Assembly (NCBI GenBank): GCA_965649225.1
Contig: CBFGJX010000013.1
Span: 1-33,551 of the forward strand
Reading direction: 5' to 3'
Origin: a candidate division WOR-3 bacterium
GTDB taxonomy: Bacteria > Hydrothermota > Tepidihabitantia > Tepidihabitantales > Tepidihabitantaceae
Length of the DNA: 33,551 bases
The notes under the pieces are model-generated. The model had not been told where the DNA came from and searched no databases. It saw nothing but the letters and a program-made list of their open reading frames with translations. Below are positions 1-8,508 of the stretch, one piece after another (the stretch's first letter is position 1; each line of letters opens with the position of its first letter). Position numbers and translations under genes: made by a program.

Positions 1-72
1 GCGGGCGTGTATCTGGTGAAGCTCGAAGCGACCGGCTTCACCGGTTCCACCAAGCTCGTCATCGAGCGCTAG
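1..72 (+). CDS. 3' end (partial) of a T9SS-like CTD protein
   Basis: Frame 1 reads AGVYLVKLEATGFTGSTKLVIER*, identical to the C-terminus of the 1316..5731 protein; truncated by the window edge. Confidence 0.85.
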   Translation, partial: AGVYLVKLEATGFTGSTKLVIER

Positions 73-85
73 ACTCTCCGACTGC

Positions 86-122
86 AACTGTGCGGGGCGG
101 CACTGCCGCCCCGCACAGTTTT
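86..122 (+). terminator. Intrinsic terminator
   Basis: 16-bp perfect stem AACTGTGCGGGGCGGC/GCCGCCCCGCACAGTT with a 3-nt loop, ending in TTTT, 13 nt after the stop. Confidence 0.75.
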
Positions 123-376
123 GCCGGCCGCAGCCCAGACACCGGCCGGCCGGCAACCGCCGGGGAAACGCTCCGGGGACGGCCCAAAAACGGCGACCGC
201 AGACAAGAGCAGTTCTGAGTCCGACGCTAAGTTATTGCGATTTTTCTTCTTGCGGCTGTAATCTGGAATCCGGTTACGCCGCACCCCGCTGCCGTTTGTC
301 GCTCAGGCCGAAGAATCCGGCTCTGTCTCACGCGGCCGGGCGTGACGGGCCGAGCACCCGGCCGGCAATGGAAACG

Positions 377-408
377 GCAGTGGCCGGCAGGTCGCTGCCG
401 GCCACTGC
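377..408 (-). terminator. Probable terminator hairpin of the 425..1042 gene
   Basis: 14-bp stem GCAGTGGCCGGCAG/CTGCCGGCCACTGC, 4-nt loop, just downstream of the minus-strand stop; weak U tract. Confidence 0.55.
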
Positions 409-424
409 GAAAGTCCGCCCGGTC

Positions 425-1042
425 TCAGCGGCTCAGCACCAGCGGCAGAACCGCACCGCCGGTCCCGGTGCGCACGAAATAGACTCCAGCCTGCACCCGA
501 CGCCCCGACTCGTCGCGGCCATCCCAGGTCACCACACCTTCGCCGGCCAGCGAACGCACCACCCGGCCGGAACGGTCACAGACCAGCAGCCGCGCAGGAC
601 CACAACCGCTGATTGTAACCCGCGTGGTGAACGGGTTGGGAGCGGCCGAGATCATGCGGGGGGCGACTGCCCCGTTCTCGGCGACGCCGGAAGAAAGCCG
701 CACAAACATCACCCGCGGCGGTGCATCGAACCAGCCCGGAAAATCGTACCAGACATCGAGCTGAATCTCATTTATCTGATGGGGCGGCTGACGCTGGCTG
801 TCCAGCAGCCACGAAAACAACGCCTTCGCCGGCGGCGTCACGTCGCCAAAGGAAAAAGTGTCCAGCTGGCCCGGCCCGACGGCAAAACCTCTGGTAACGA
901 ACGTGCGCTGTTCCGGCGAAAGAAACTTCACCGTATCAATCTCTACGGGCACATCGGCGGCCTTGAGCACGAGTCCGATTTCGGCGCCGGCTGCAACCGA
1001 AAGTGCAAGCAACAGACCAATCGCAAACACCGACAGTCTCAC
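425..1042 (-). CDS. Small secreted protein with C-terminal FlgD-Ig/T9SS-like CTD
   Basis: Signal peptide MRLSVFAIGLLLALSVAAGA; C-terminal PNPF...DRSGRVVR...WDGRDESGRRVQAGVYF motif; AGGAGG Shine-Dalgarno (SD) upstream of GTG. Confidence 0.85.
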   Translation of the reverse strand: MRLSVFAIGLLLALSVAAGAEIGLVLKAADVPVEIDTVKFLSPEQRTFVTRGFAVGPGQLDTFSFGDVTPPAKALFSWLLDSQRQPPHQINEIQLDVWYDFPGWFDAPPRVMFVRLSSGVAENGAVAPRMISAAPNPFTTRVTISGCGPARLLVCDRSGRVVRSLAGEGVVTWDGRDESGRRVQAGVYFVRTGTGGAVLPLVLSR

Positions 1043-1096
1043 TGACTACCTCCTGGGTTGGATTTTAGTTAGGTTGCCCGAATCCTGCCTTGGGCA

Positions 1097-1125
1097 AGTA
1101 TAGGCTGCTGCCGGCTGGACGTCAA
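1097..1125 (-). promoter_or_regulatory. Sigma-70-type promoter for 425..1042
   Basis: TTGACG-N17-TATACT on the minus strand. Confidence 0.6.
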
Positions 1126-1168
1126 GCCGGCAACTTGTTGCTTAATAGTTCAGGGACGAAATTTTCGC

Positions 1169-1198
1169 TTGACAAACGGTCAGCGTGCAGACTAAGAT
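1169..1198 (+). promoter_or_regulatory. Sigma-70-type promoter for 1316..5731
   Basis: TTGACA-N18-TAAGAT. Confidence 0.45.
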
Positions 1199-1315
1199 TC
1201 TTGACAGAAGGCAACTCAGCGCCATTGCCCGGGGTTGCAGGCGCAAATGCTGACGCCCCGGATATTGGCAAAATGGCTCGTACAGACCGACAAGCGACCG
1301 AACCAAGGAGGCAAG

Positions 1316-4300
1316 ATGAAGCACCGACTGCTGCTCGCGCTTTCCCTTGTCGCCCTTGCCGGGTTCGCATTCGGCAGCACGCCAACGAACCTGTATCCAC
1401 CCAGCGTGATGGATCAGGTACCGGCGAAGGAACTGCCCACCGGCAAGCTCGACAACTCCGGACGCGACCTGTACAAACCCCGGCTGGTCATTGACCGGGC
1501 CGGCGGTCCGGACGGCTTCGGCTATGTCTATAAGGACGAAACCGAACCGGGCGGCCCGACCTTCAGCTGGATTGACACAATCGGCGCCACCAACACCGGC
1601 ATCACCGGCGACGACTCCTACGGCACCGTCAGTCTTCCCTTCACCTTCTACTACTACGGCACCGGCTACACCACGATTTATCCCTGCACCAACGGCTGGG
1701 CCGGACTCAGCGGCCCCGGCTCCTCGTACTACAACTACCCGCTGCCCTCCACCTCACTGCCGGCGGCGGCAATCTGCGCCTACTGGGACGACCTCTACGT
1801 CGACGGCGGCACCACCGGTAACATCTTCTACAAAACCGTCGGCACCGCCCCGAACCGCAAGTTCGCCATCATCTGGCAGAACGTGCGCCTGCTCGGCGGC
1901 AGCACCTACATGGACTTCGAAATCGTGCTGTCCGAGGCCGACTCGAGCATCACCCTGCAGTATAGCGACCTCGCCGGCAACACCGGCAGTGGTGCCACCG
2001 TCGGCATTCAGGGAGCGACATCCGGCTCCAACTATCTCCAGTACTCCTACAATGAGGGCGCCCTGATCAACAGCCGCGCAATCCGGTTCTGGAAGGCGCC
2101 GTCGGTTTCCACCGACGCCGGCATCTGGGCAATCCTTTCGCCCGGGGCCTCGGTCGGCATGCGCGGCGCCAGCATCGCGCCGGCCTGCTCGATCAAGAAC
2201 TTCGGCACGAGCTCGATTTCCAACATTCCGGTGCGCTGCACGATTTTCGGCACTGGCGGTGCAGTGCGCTACACCGGCAATCAGACCGTCGCCGGCCCGC
2301 TCGCGCCCAACGCCACCGCCTACGTCAACTTCACCGGCTGGAACCCGACGATTGCCGAAACCGTCCTCACTGTCTTCCGCACCGCACTGAGCGGCGACCA
2401 GAACCCGGACAACGACCGGCGGTCAACCCAGACCGTCCTTCATCCGGCCTACATGACCGGTGGCCCGGACGCCAACTGGTGGTTCTGGATTGACTCCGAC
2501 ACCACCGGCGGCCCGACCTATTCCTGGATTGACACCAGCGGCGCCACCGCCACCAGCATCACCGGCGACGACAATCGCGGTGCAGTACCGCTGCCCTTCT
2601 CGTTCTCGTTCGAGGGTTCGACTTACGACACCATCTGGGTCTGCACCAACGGCTGGTTCTCCTTCGGCCCGGACCCGGGTGTCAATTCCTACTACAACTA
2701 CGACATTCCCAACACCGGTCTGCCCAACAACTACGTCGGCGTACTCTGGGATGACCTGTATGTTGACGGCTCCACCGGCCGGATCTACACCAAAGTTGTC
2801 GGCACGGCGCCCAACCGCCAGTTTGTCATCATCTGGAACAACGTCCGCGAACTCGGCTCGACTGACTGGGGTTCGTGGGAAGCGATTCTGGACGAGCGCG
2901 ACGGTACCATCACCCTGCAGTATGCCGATGTCGATTTCGGCAGCTCATCCTACAACAACGGCATCTCGGCCACGGTCGGGATTGAAAATGCCACCGGCAC
3001 CGACGGCCTGCGTTACCTCTACGGCGACGGCACCAACGCCCTGCCCTCGCTTGGCAACCTGCTCGCCGCCGGCCGGGCAATCAAGTTCTACCGCAATGCC
3101 CCGGCCAACGATGTCGGCGTGCGCCAGATTGTCAACCCGACCGGTTTCTGGGCCAACCAGTCGTTCACGCCGGCGGTACTGGTGCGTAACGGTGGTTCAG
3201 TGCCGCAGTCGAACATTCCGGTCTATATCACCATCGACTCGGCCGGCACCACCGTTTACAGTGCCAACACCACCATCCCCGGCCCGCTGGCGCCCGAGAG
3301 CTCGGTTGTGGTATCCTTCACCAACCCGTTCACGGTCGGCAACAAGGGCACCTACTACGCCCTGACCTCGTGGACCGCACTGTCCGGTGACCAGTTCCCG
3401 GCCAACGACACCAGCCGGCTGGTCGGCTATGCCACCGGCGCACCCAACCGCTACATGAAGTTCATGTGGGGCATGCCGCTGCCGAGCATCTACTCGGTCG
3501 GCTGCACGCCGGTCAACGACACCACCATCTGGGTGTCGGCCGGTTCGGGCGGCTCTGGTCGCGCCAAGATCTACATCGTGAACACCAACACGCTGAGCGT
3601 GGTGGACTCCTTCTACCAGGGTGGCCTGACTTCGGGCGGCTGGGGCGCAATCGACATGTGCTACGACCCGACCGACGGCCGCGTGTACGCCGGCAACTAC
3701 TTGCAGACGCGAAACTACGTCTACGACGCCGCGACCCGCGCGGTGGTGGACTCGTTCACGACCCCGTCGTTCCCCGGCCTGTCCTACCTGAATGCCATCG
3801 CGGTTGACGGCGACTCGCTCTACTCCAACTACTGGAGCTATTCGGGTATCGTCAAGTTTTCCAAGCGCGGCACCGGTCCGCGGCAGGTGCAGCCGAACTC
3901 CCACTCCGGCATCGGCCTCGCTTACAGCCGCACCGGCGGCATCCTCTACCTCTCCAACTCGACCGGCACTGTCTATCCCGACACGCTGTTCCAGTTCGAC
4001 GACCTGAGCTGGGCGCTGCTGCACGACACGCTGCCGCCCGGCACGATGGGTCTGGGTGGCGGATGCGAAACCTGGCGCGGCGACTCGTTCCTGGTGATGG
4101 TCATTCAGGGCGCGTCCACCGACTCGCTGCTCTGCTGGCGCATCATCCCCAAGCCGGTTGACTACGGCGCGGTTGCGGTCGTCTCACCGACCGGCAACGT
4201 CGACACCAACGGCGTGGTCATCCCGGCCGCCCGCTGGCGCAACTTCCACCCGACGACTGCCGACCGCTTCCGGGCCTGGTACTTCCTGACCAACCCGAGC

Positions 4301-5731
4301 GGCGTGCGTGTCCACAGCCAGAGCCTGACCGTTGACGGGCTGATGCCCGGCCGCGATACGGTCCTCTACTTCCTGCCCTACAACGTCGGCATGGATACCG
4401 GCGTCTGGTCGGTGAAGTGTTCGACCTTCATCGACGGCGACCTCAACCCGGCCAACGACGTGATAACCGCCACCTTCACCGTGCGGATCGGCCCACCGCC
4501 TCCGGGCGGCTGGTCGGAAATCACCCAGGTACCGCTGACGCCATCGGGCAAGGCGGTCAAGGACGGTGGTGCGATTGCGTTCGACGCCGGGCTGGGCGTG
4601 CACTTTGTGCTCAAGGGCAACAAGACCGGCGACTTCTACGCCTTCGACGGCACCAGCTGGACGACGCTGCCGACGATGCCGCCCGGCACCGAGGCCAAGC
4701 TGCCCAACAAGGGTGCCAACATCTGCACCGACGGCAACGGCGTGGTCTATGCCACCAAGGGCAACAACACCGCCGGGTTCTGGAAGTACGCGGCGGCGGA
4801 GTCGGCCTGGACCCAGCTGACTGATGTACCGCTTGGCGCCTCCAACAAGAAGGTCAAGGGCGGCACCGACCTGGTCTATGTCGACGACGGCGAGAGCACC
4901 TGGGTGTATCTGCTCAAGGGCTACAAGACCGAGTTCTACCGCTACAACACCGTTTCGGGCGCCTGGTACACGCTGAGCGATGCGCCGGCCGGTCAGAAGG
5001 CCAAGTACGACAAGGGCTCCTGGCTGGTCTACGATGCGGCGGGGCGCAGGCTCTACGCGCACAAGGCGAAGTACTCCGAGATGTATGCCTACTCGCTCGA
5101 CTCGCTGAGCTGGGGTGCGCAGCTGGCCGGCATTCCGCTGCAGAACACCCAGACCGGCAAGAGCAAGAAGGCCAAGGACGGCTCGGACGGCGCGATCATG
5201 GGCGGCTGGCTGTATGCGCTCAAGGGTGGCAACACCTGCGACTTCTACGCCTACGATCTCACTGCCGGCACCTGGGCCGAGAAGGAGACCATGCCTTCGG
5301 TGGGCTCCACCCAGAAGAAGAAGCGGGTCAAGGGTGGCGGCAGTCTGACCACGGACGGCAGCTACCTGTATGCGCTGAAGGGCAACAAGACGGTCGAGCT
5401 GTGGCGCTACAGTCTGGGCGGCGTCTATGCCGGCCAGCCGGCCCGTTCCGGCGTGCTTGCCGGCACGACGGTGCGTCCGGCGGGCATCACGCTCGGGCCG
5501 AATCCGCTGTCGGCGGGCACGGCGCTGCTGCGCTGGAGTCTGCCGGTGGCCGGGCCGGCGACGGTGCGGGTCTACGACGTCACCGGTCGCAGTGTCCTCA
5601 GCCGCAGTCTGGTGGCGGGCACCAGCGGCAGTGTTGCGCTCGACCTGCGCAACCTGAGCGCGGGCGTGTATCTGGTGAAGCTCGAAGCGACCGGCTTCAC
5701 CGGTTCCACCAAGCTCGTCATCGAGCGCTAG
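1316..5731 (+). CDS. Large secreted modular protein: 2 NIDO-like repeats, CARDB-like Ig domains, beta-propeller, Lys-rich Kelch module, T9SS-like CTD
   Basis: ATG 1316 follows AAGGAGG (ORF track starts at 1235); signal peptide MKHRLLLALSLVALAGFAFG; duplicated GGPD...GGPTxSWIDT...CTNGW...WDDLYVDG unit; three DxG...DxNPxND units; six KGN/KGG repeats; CTD GPNP...YDVTGR...LSAGVYLV...KLVIER. Domain names are inferred. Confidence 0.9.
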   Translation: MKHRLLLALSLVALAGFAFGSTPTNLYPPSVMDQVPAKELPTGKLDNSGRDLYKPRLVIDRAGGPDGFGYVYKDETEPGGPTFSWIDTIGATNTGITGDDSYGTVSLPFTFYYYGTGYTTIYPCTNGWAGLSGPGSSYYNYPLPSTSLPAAAICAYWDDLYVDGGTTGNIFYKTVGTAPNRKFAIIWQNVRLLGGSTYMDFEIVLSEADSSITLQYSDLAGNTGSGATVGIQGATSGSNYLQYSYNEGALINSRAIRFWKAPSVSTDAGIWAILSPGASVGMRGASIAPACSIKNFGTSSISNIPVRCTIFGTGGAVRYTGNQTVAGPLAPNATAYVNFTGWNPTIAETVLTVFRTALSGDQNPDNDRRSTQTVLHPAYMTGGPDANWWFWIDSDTTGGPTYSWIDTSGATATSITGDDNRGAVPLPFSFSFEGSTYDTIWVCTNGWFSFGPDPGVNSYYNYDIPNTGLPNNYVGVLWDDLYVDGSTGRIYTKVVGTAPNRQFVIIWNNVRELGSTDWGSWEAILDERDGTITLQYADVDFGSSSYNNGISATVGIENATGTDGLRYLYGDGTNALPSLGNLLAAGRAIKFYRNAPANDVGVRQIVNPTGFWANQSFTPAVLVRNGGSVPQSNIPVYITIDSAGTTVYSANTTIPGPLAPESSVVVSFTNPFTVGNKGTYYALTSWTALSGDQFPANDTSRLVGYATGAPNRYMKFMWGMPLPSIYSVGCTPVNDTTIWVSAGSGGSGRAKIYIVNTNTLSVVDSFYQGGLTSGGWGAIDMCYDPTDGRVYAGNYLQTRNYVYDAATRAVVDSFTTPSFPGLSYLNAIAVDGDSLYSNYWSYSGIVKFSKRGTGPRQVQPNSHSGIGLAYSRTGGILYLSNSTGTVYPDTLFQFDDLSWALLHDTLPPGTMGLGGGCETWRGDSFLVMVIQGASTDSLLCWRIIPKPVDYGAVAVVSPTGNVDTNGVVIPAARWRNFHPTTADRFRAWYFLTNPSGVRVHSQSLTVDGLMPGRDTVLYFLPYNVGMDTGVWSVKCSTFIDGDLNPANDVITATFTVRIGPPPPGGWSEITQVPLTPSGKAVKDGGAIAFDAGLGVHFVLKGNKTGDFYAFDGTSWTTLPTMPPGTEAKLPNKGANICTDGNGVVYATKGNNTAGFWKYAAAESAWTQLTDVPLGASNKKVKGGTDLVYVDDGESTWVYLLKGYKTEFYRYNTVSGAWYTLSDAPAGQKAKYDKGSWLVYDAAGRRLYAHKAKYSEMYAYSLDSLSWGAQLAGIPLQNTQTGKSKKAKDGSDGAIMGGWLYALKGGNTCDFYAYDLTAGTWAEKETMPSVGSTQKKKRVKGGGSLTTDGSYLYALKGNKTVELWRYSLGGVYAGQPARSGVLAGTTVRPAGITLGPNPLSAGTALLRWSLPVAGPATVRVYDVTGRSVLSRSLVAGTSGSVALDLRNLSAGVYLVKLEATGFTGSTKLVIER

Positions 5732-5786
5732 ACTCTCCGACTGCAACTGTGCGGGGCGGCACTGCCGCCCCGCACAGTTTTGCCGG
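5660..5786 (+). repeat. Exact direct repeat, copy 2
   Basis: Identical to 1..127. Confidence 0.97.
5745..5781 (+). terminator. Intrinsic terminator
   Basis: Same 16-bp hairpin plus TTTT as 86..122. Confidence 0.75.
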
Positions 5787-5789
5787 GTA

Positions 5790-5817
5790 TTGACACACTT
5801 GTGAGCGCCGATAGAAT
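5790..5817 (+). promoter_or_regulatory. Sigma-70-type promoter (likely leaderless transcript)
   Basis: TTGACA-N16-TAGAAT, 6 nt before the TTG start at 5824. Confidence 0.65.
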
Positions 5818-5823
5818 GCAGTC

Positions 5824-6615
5824 TTGTATCCCGACACAGTTATCCTGAAGAGTCTGACGGACGGATTTGTCTCTGCGCCGCCCGGACCCGACGGCAGCCG
5901 CGAACGTCTCGCCCTGCGGCCGCTGCTGATTGTCGCCGGCAATCGCCGCCTGCTGGTAGACCCGGGGCTGGGTGACTGGCCGCTGGCGACCATCGGCAGC
6001 GGCTGGCGCCGCGACGAGCCGACCGCTCTGGACCATTCGCTCCTCACGGTCGGGCTGAAGCCGGCTGACATCACTGACGTGATTCTCACCCACCTGCACA
6101 TCGACCACTGCGGTGGCGCGCTCAGAGTCAGGCCGGCTGGTACCAGTCTGCGTTTCCCCCACGCCCGACACTTTGTCCAGCGGGCGGAATGGGATTACGC
6201 CATTGCCAGTGCCAAACACCGCCGGCGCAGCGGGTATTGTCCGGCGGCGTTTCTGCCGCTGGCAGCTGCGGGAGTGCTGGAACTTCTTGATGGTGACGCG
6301 GAGCCGGCGCCGGGAATCGCCGTGCGGCTTGCCCCCGGCCACACGCCGGGATTCCAACTGGTGCTGGTTCAGACAGACGGAGTTACCGCCGCCTGCCTGT
6401 CTGACCTGTTGCCAACCGGTTCACGGGTTGCCATGCCCTATATTATCGGTTATGATTCCCTGCCGCGCGTGACAATGCAGACCAAGGCCCGGCTGATTGC
6501 GCGGGCCGCAAGCGAAAAATGGCTTTGTCTGCCGCCGCACGACCCCGAGGCTCCGGCCGGGACTGTCGAGTTGACTGCCGGCCAGCCGGTCTGGCGACCA
6601 AGATTTGTGCTCTGA
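5824..6615 (+). CDS. MBL-fold metallo-hydrolase (YtnP/lactonase-like)
   Basis: LLVDPG, THLHIDHCGG (HxHxDH), GHTPG, SDL and terminal HD motifs. Confidence 0.85.
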   Translation: MYPDTVILKSLTDGFVSAPPGPDGSRERLALRPLLIVAGNRRLLVDPGLGDWPLATIGSGWRRDEPTALDHSLLTVGLKPADITDVILTHLHIDHCGGALRVRPAGTSLRFPHARHFVQRAEWDYAIASAKHRRRSGYCPAAFLPLAAAGVLELLDGDAEPAPGIAVRLAPGHTPGFQLVLVQTDGVTAACLSDLLPTGSRVAMPYIIGYDSLPRVTMQTKARLIARAASEKWLCLPPHDPEAPAGTVELTAGQPVWRPRFVL

Positions 6616-6642
6616 AGAGACTGACATTTATCGGAGGAATTG

Positions 6643-8508
6643 ATGGCGAACACCGACTGGCGTGAAAAGTACAAGGCGAAACTGAAATCGCCGGCTGAAG
6701 CACTGGAAGTGCTGCGCCCGGGCCAGCGGGTATTCATCGGCTCTGCTTCCGGCACCCCGCAGAAGCTGGTGACCGCACTGGCCGACAAACCCACCGAGGA
6801 TATCGAAGTCGTCCATCTGCTCACCCTCGGAGTTGCACCCTACGCTCAGGAGAAGATGGCGTCCAGTTACCGTGCCAATTCGTTTTTCATCAGCGCCAAC
6901 ATCCGTGAGGCAGTCTGGGAAGGCCGGGCCGACTACACCCCGATTTTCCTGTCCGAAATACCGGCGCTGCTCCGCTCCGGCCGGATGCCGCTCGATGTCG
7001 CAATCGTCCAGGTGACTCCACCCGATGAACACGGCTTCTGCAGTTTCGGAGTCTCGGTCGACATTACCAAACCCGCTGCCGAAGCGGCGCGACTGGTAAT
7101 CGCCGAGGTGAACCCGCGCATGCCCCGGACGCTCGGCAACAGTTTCATCCACGTCAATGAGCTGGATATCCTGGTCGAAAACGATGCACCGGTGTACGAG
7201 TTCATCACTCCCGGTGAAAGCGAGATTGCCCGCCGGATTGCCAAGAATACCGCCGACCTGATCGAGGATGGTTCGACGATTCAGGTGGGCTACGGCGGCA
7301 TCCCCAATGCCCTGCTTTCGTATCTGAAAGACAAGCGCGACCTTGGCGTCCATACCGAGGTTTTCTCGGATTCGCTGATTGACCTGATTGAAGCCGGCGT
7401 CGTGAACTGCCGGCGCAAGACACTGCATCCGGGCAAGGTTGTCGCGTCGTTCGCCATGGGCAGTCAACGGCTCTACGACTACATCGACAACAATCCGATG
7501 TTCGAATTCCATCCGGTCGACTACACCAACGACCCCTTTGTCATCGCCCAGAACGACAAGATGGTCAGCATCAACTCGGCGCTGGAAGTCGACCTCACCG
7601 GCCAGGTCTGCGCCGATTCCATCGGCTACCGGTTCTTTTCCGGCATCGGCGGCCAGGTCGACTTTATCCGCGGTGCGGCTCGGGCCCGCGACGGCAAGCC
7701 GATCATCGTCCTGCGCTCAACCCGCGACAATGACCGCTACTCCCGTATCGTCCCCACTCTCACCGAAGGTGCCGGCGTGACCACGTCGCGGGGCGATGTC
7801 CACTATGTCGTTACCGAATGGGGCACCGCCTATCTGCACGGCAAGACGGTCCGCGAACGGGCACTGGCGCTGATCTCCATCGCCCACCCGAAGTTCCGCT
7901 CGGAACTGCTCCGACTGGCCAAGGAACGGCACTACGTCTATGCCGACCAGCCGGAGATTTCGCTCGTTCAGGCCCGCTATCCCGAGGAGTTTGAAGCCCG
8001 GGCCAGCCTGCGTGACGGTACCGAAATCTTCCTGCGCCCGATCAAGCCGACCGACGAGGAAGCGATGGCCGACCTGTTCTACTCTTTCTCCCGCGAGACG
8101 GTCTACTACCGCTTCTTCTCGTATCTGAAAGCAATGCCGCACGAAAAAGTCGCCAAGTTCGTCAACGTCGATTATGAAAACGAAATGGCGATTGTTGCGG
8201 TAATCAAGAAGGCCGGTACCGAAAACCTGATCGGCTCCGCCCGCTACTATGTCGACAAGTCAACCGGCCTCGCCGAGTACGCCATCGCCGTCAAGGACGA
8301 CTGGCAGAACCGCGGCGTCGGCATCGCCCTGTTCGAGCACCTGATTCGCGTTGCCAAAGCCAAGGGAATCAAAGGCTTTGTCGGCTATGTGCTCGACACC
8401 AACACCCGCGCCTACCGGCTGATGACCCGCACCGGTTACCCGATCGAGACCAAGTGGGAAGACGGTGTCTACACCCTGACAATGAGGTTCAAGGATGAGC
8501 CGAAGTAA
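6643..8508 (+). CDS. Acetyl-CoA hydrolase/family I CoA-transferase fused to a C-terminal GNAT acetyltransferase
   Basis: GSTIQVGYGGIP, GVHTE, SGIGGQVDF and YVVTEWG motifs; C-terminal LRPIKPTD...AEYAIAVKDDWQNRGVG GNAT; GGAGG SD at 6633..6637. Confidence 0.9.
   Translation: MANTDWREKYKAKLKSPAEALEVLRPGQRVFIGSASGTPQKLVTALADKPTEDIEVVHLLTLGVAPYAQEKMASSYRANSFFISANIREAVWEGRADYTPIFLSEIPALLRSGRMPLDVAIVQVTPPDEHGFCSFGVSVDITKPAAEAARLVIAEVNPRMPRTLGNSFIHVNELDILVENDAPVYEFITPGESEIARRIAKNTADLIEDGSTIQVGYGGIPNALLSYLKDKRDLGVHTEVFSDSLIDLIEAGVVNCRRKTLHPGKVVASFAMGSQRLYDYIDNNPMFEFHPVDYTNDPFVIAQNDKMVSINSALEVDLTGQVCADSIGYRFFSGIGGQVDFIRGAARARDGKPIIVLRSTRDNDRYSRIVPTLTEGAGVTTSRGDVHYVVTEWGTAYLHGKTVRERALALISIAHPKFRSELLRLAKERHYVYADQPEISLVQARYPEEFEARASLRDGTEIFLRPIKPTDEEAMADLFYSFSRETVYYRFFSYLKAMPHEKVAKFVNVDYENEMAIVAVIKKAGTENLIGSARYYVDKSTGLAEYAIAVKDDWQNRGVGIALFEHLIRVAKAKGIKGFVGYVLDTNTRAYRLMTRTGYPIETKWEDGVYTLTMRFKDEPK

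Larger units (their letters stand above)
1..127 (+). repeat. Exact direct repeat, copy 1 (gene end plus terminator)
   Basis: 1..127 is identical to 5660..5786; the copies diverge at 128/5787. Confidence 0.97.

Noticed and set aside
4184..5746. Long overlapping ORFs (e.g. 4184..5746, 296..1045, 13443..14621, 24295..25329)
   Set aside because: Antisense shadow frames of high-GC genes that have clear motifs on the other strand.
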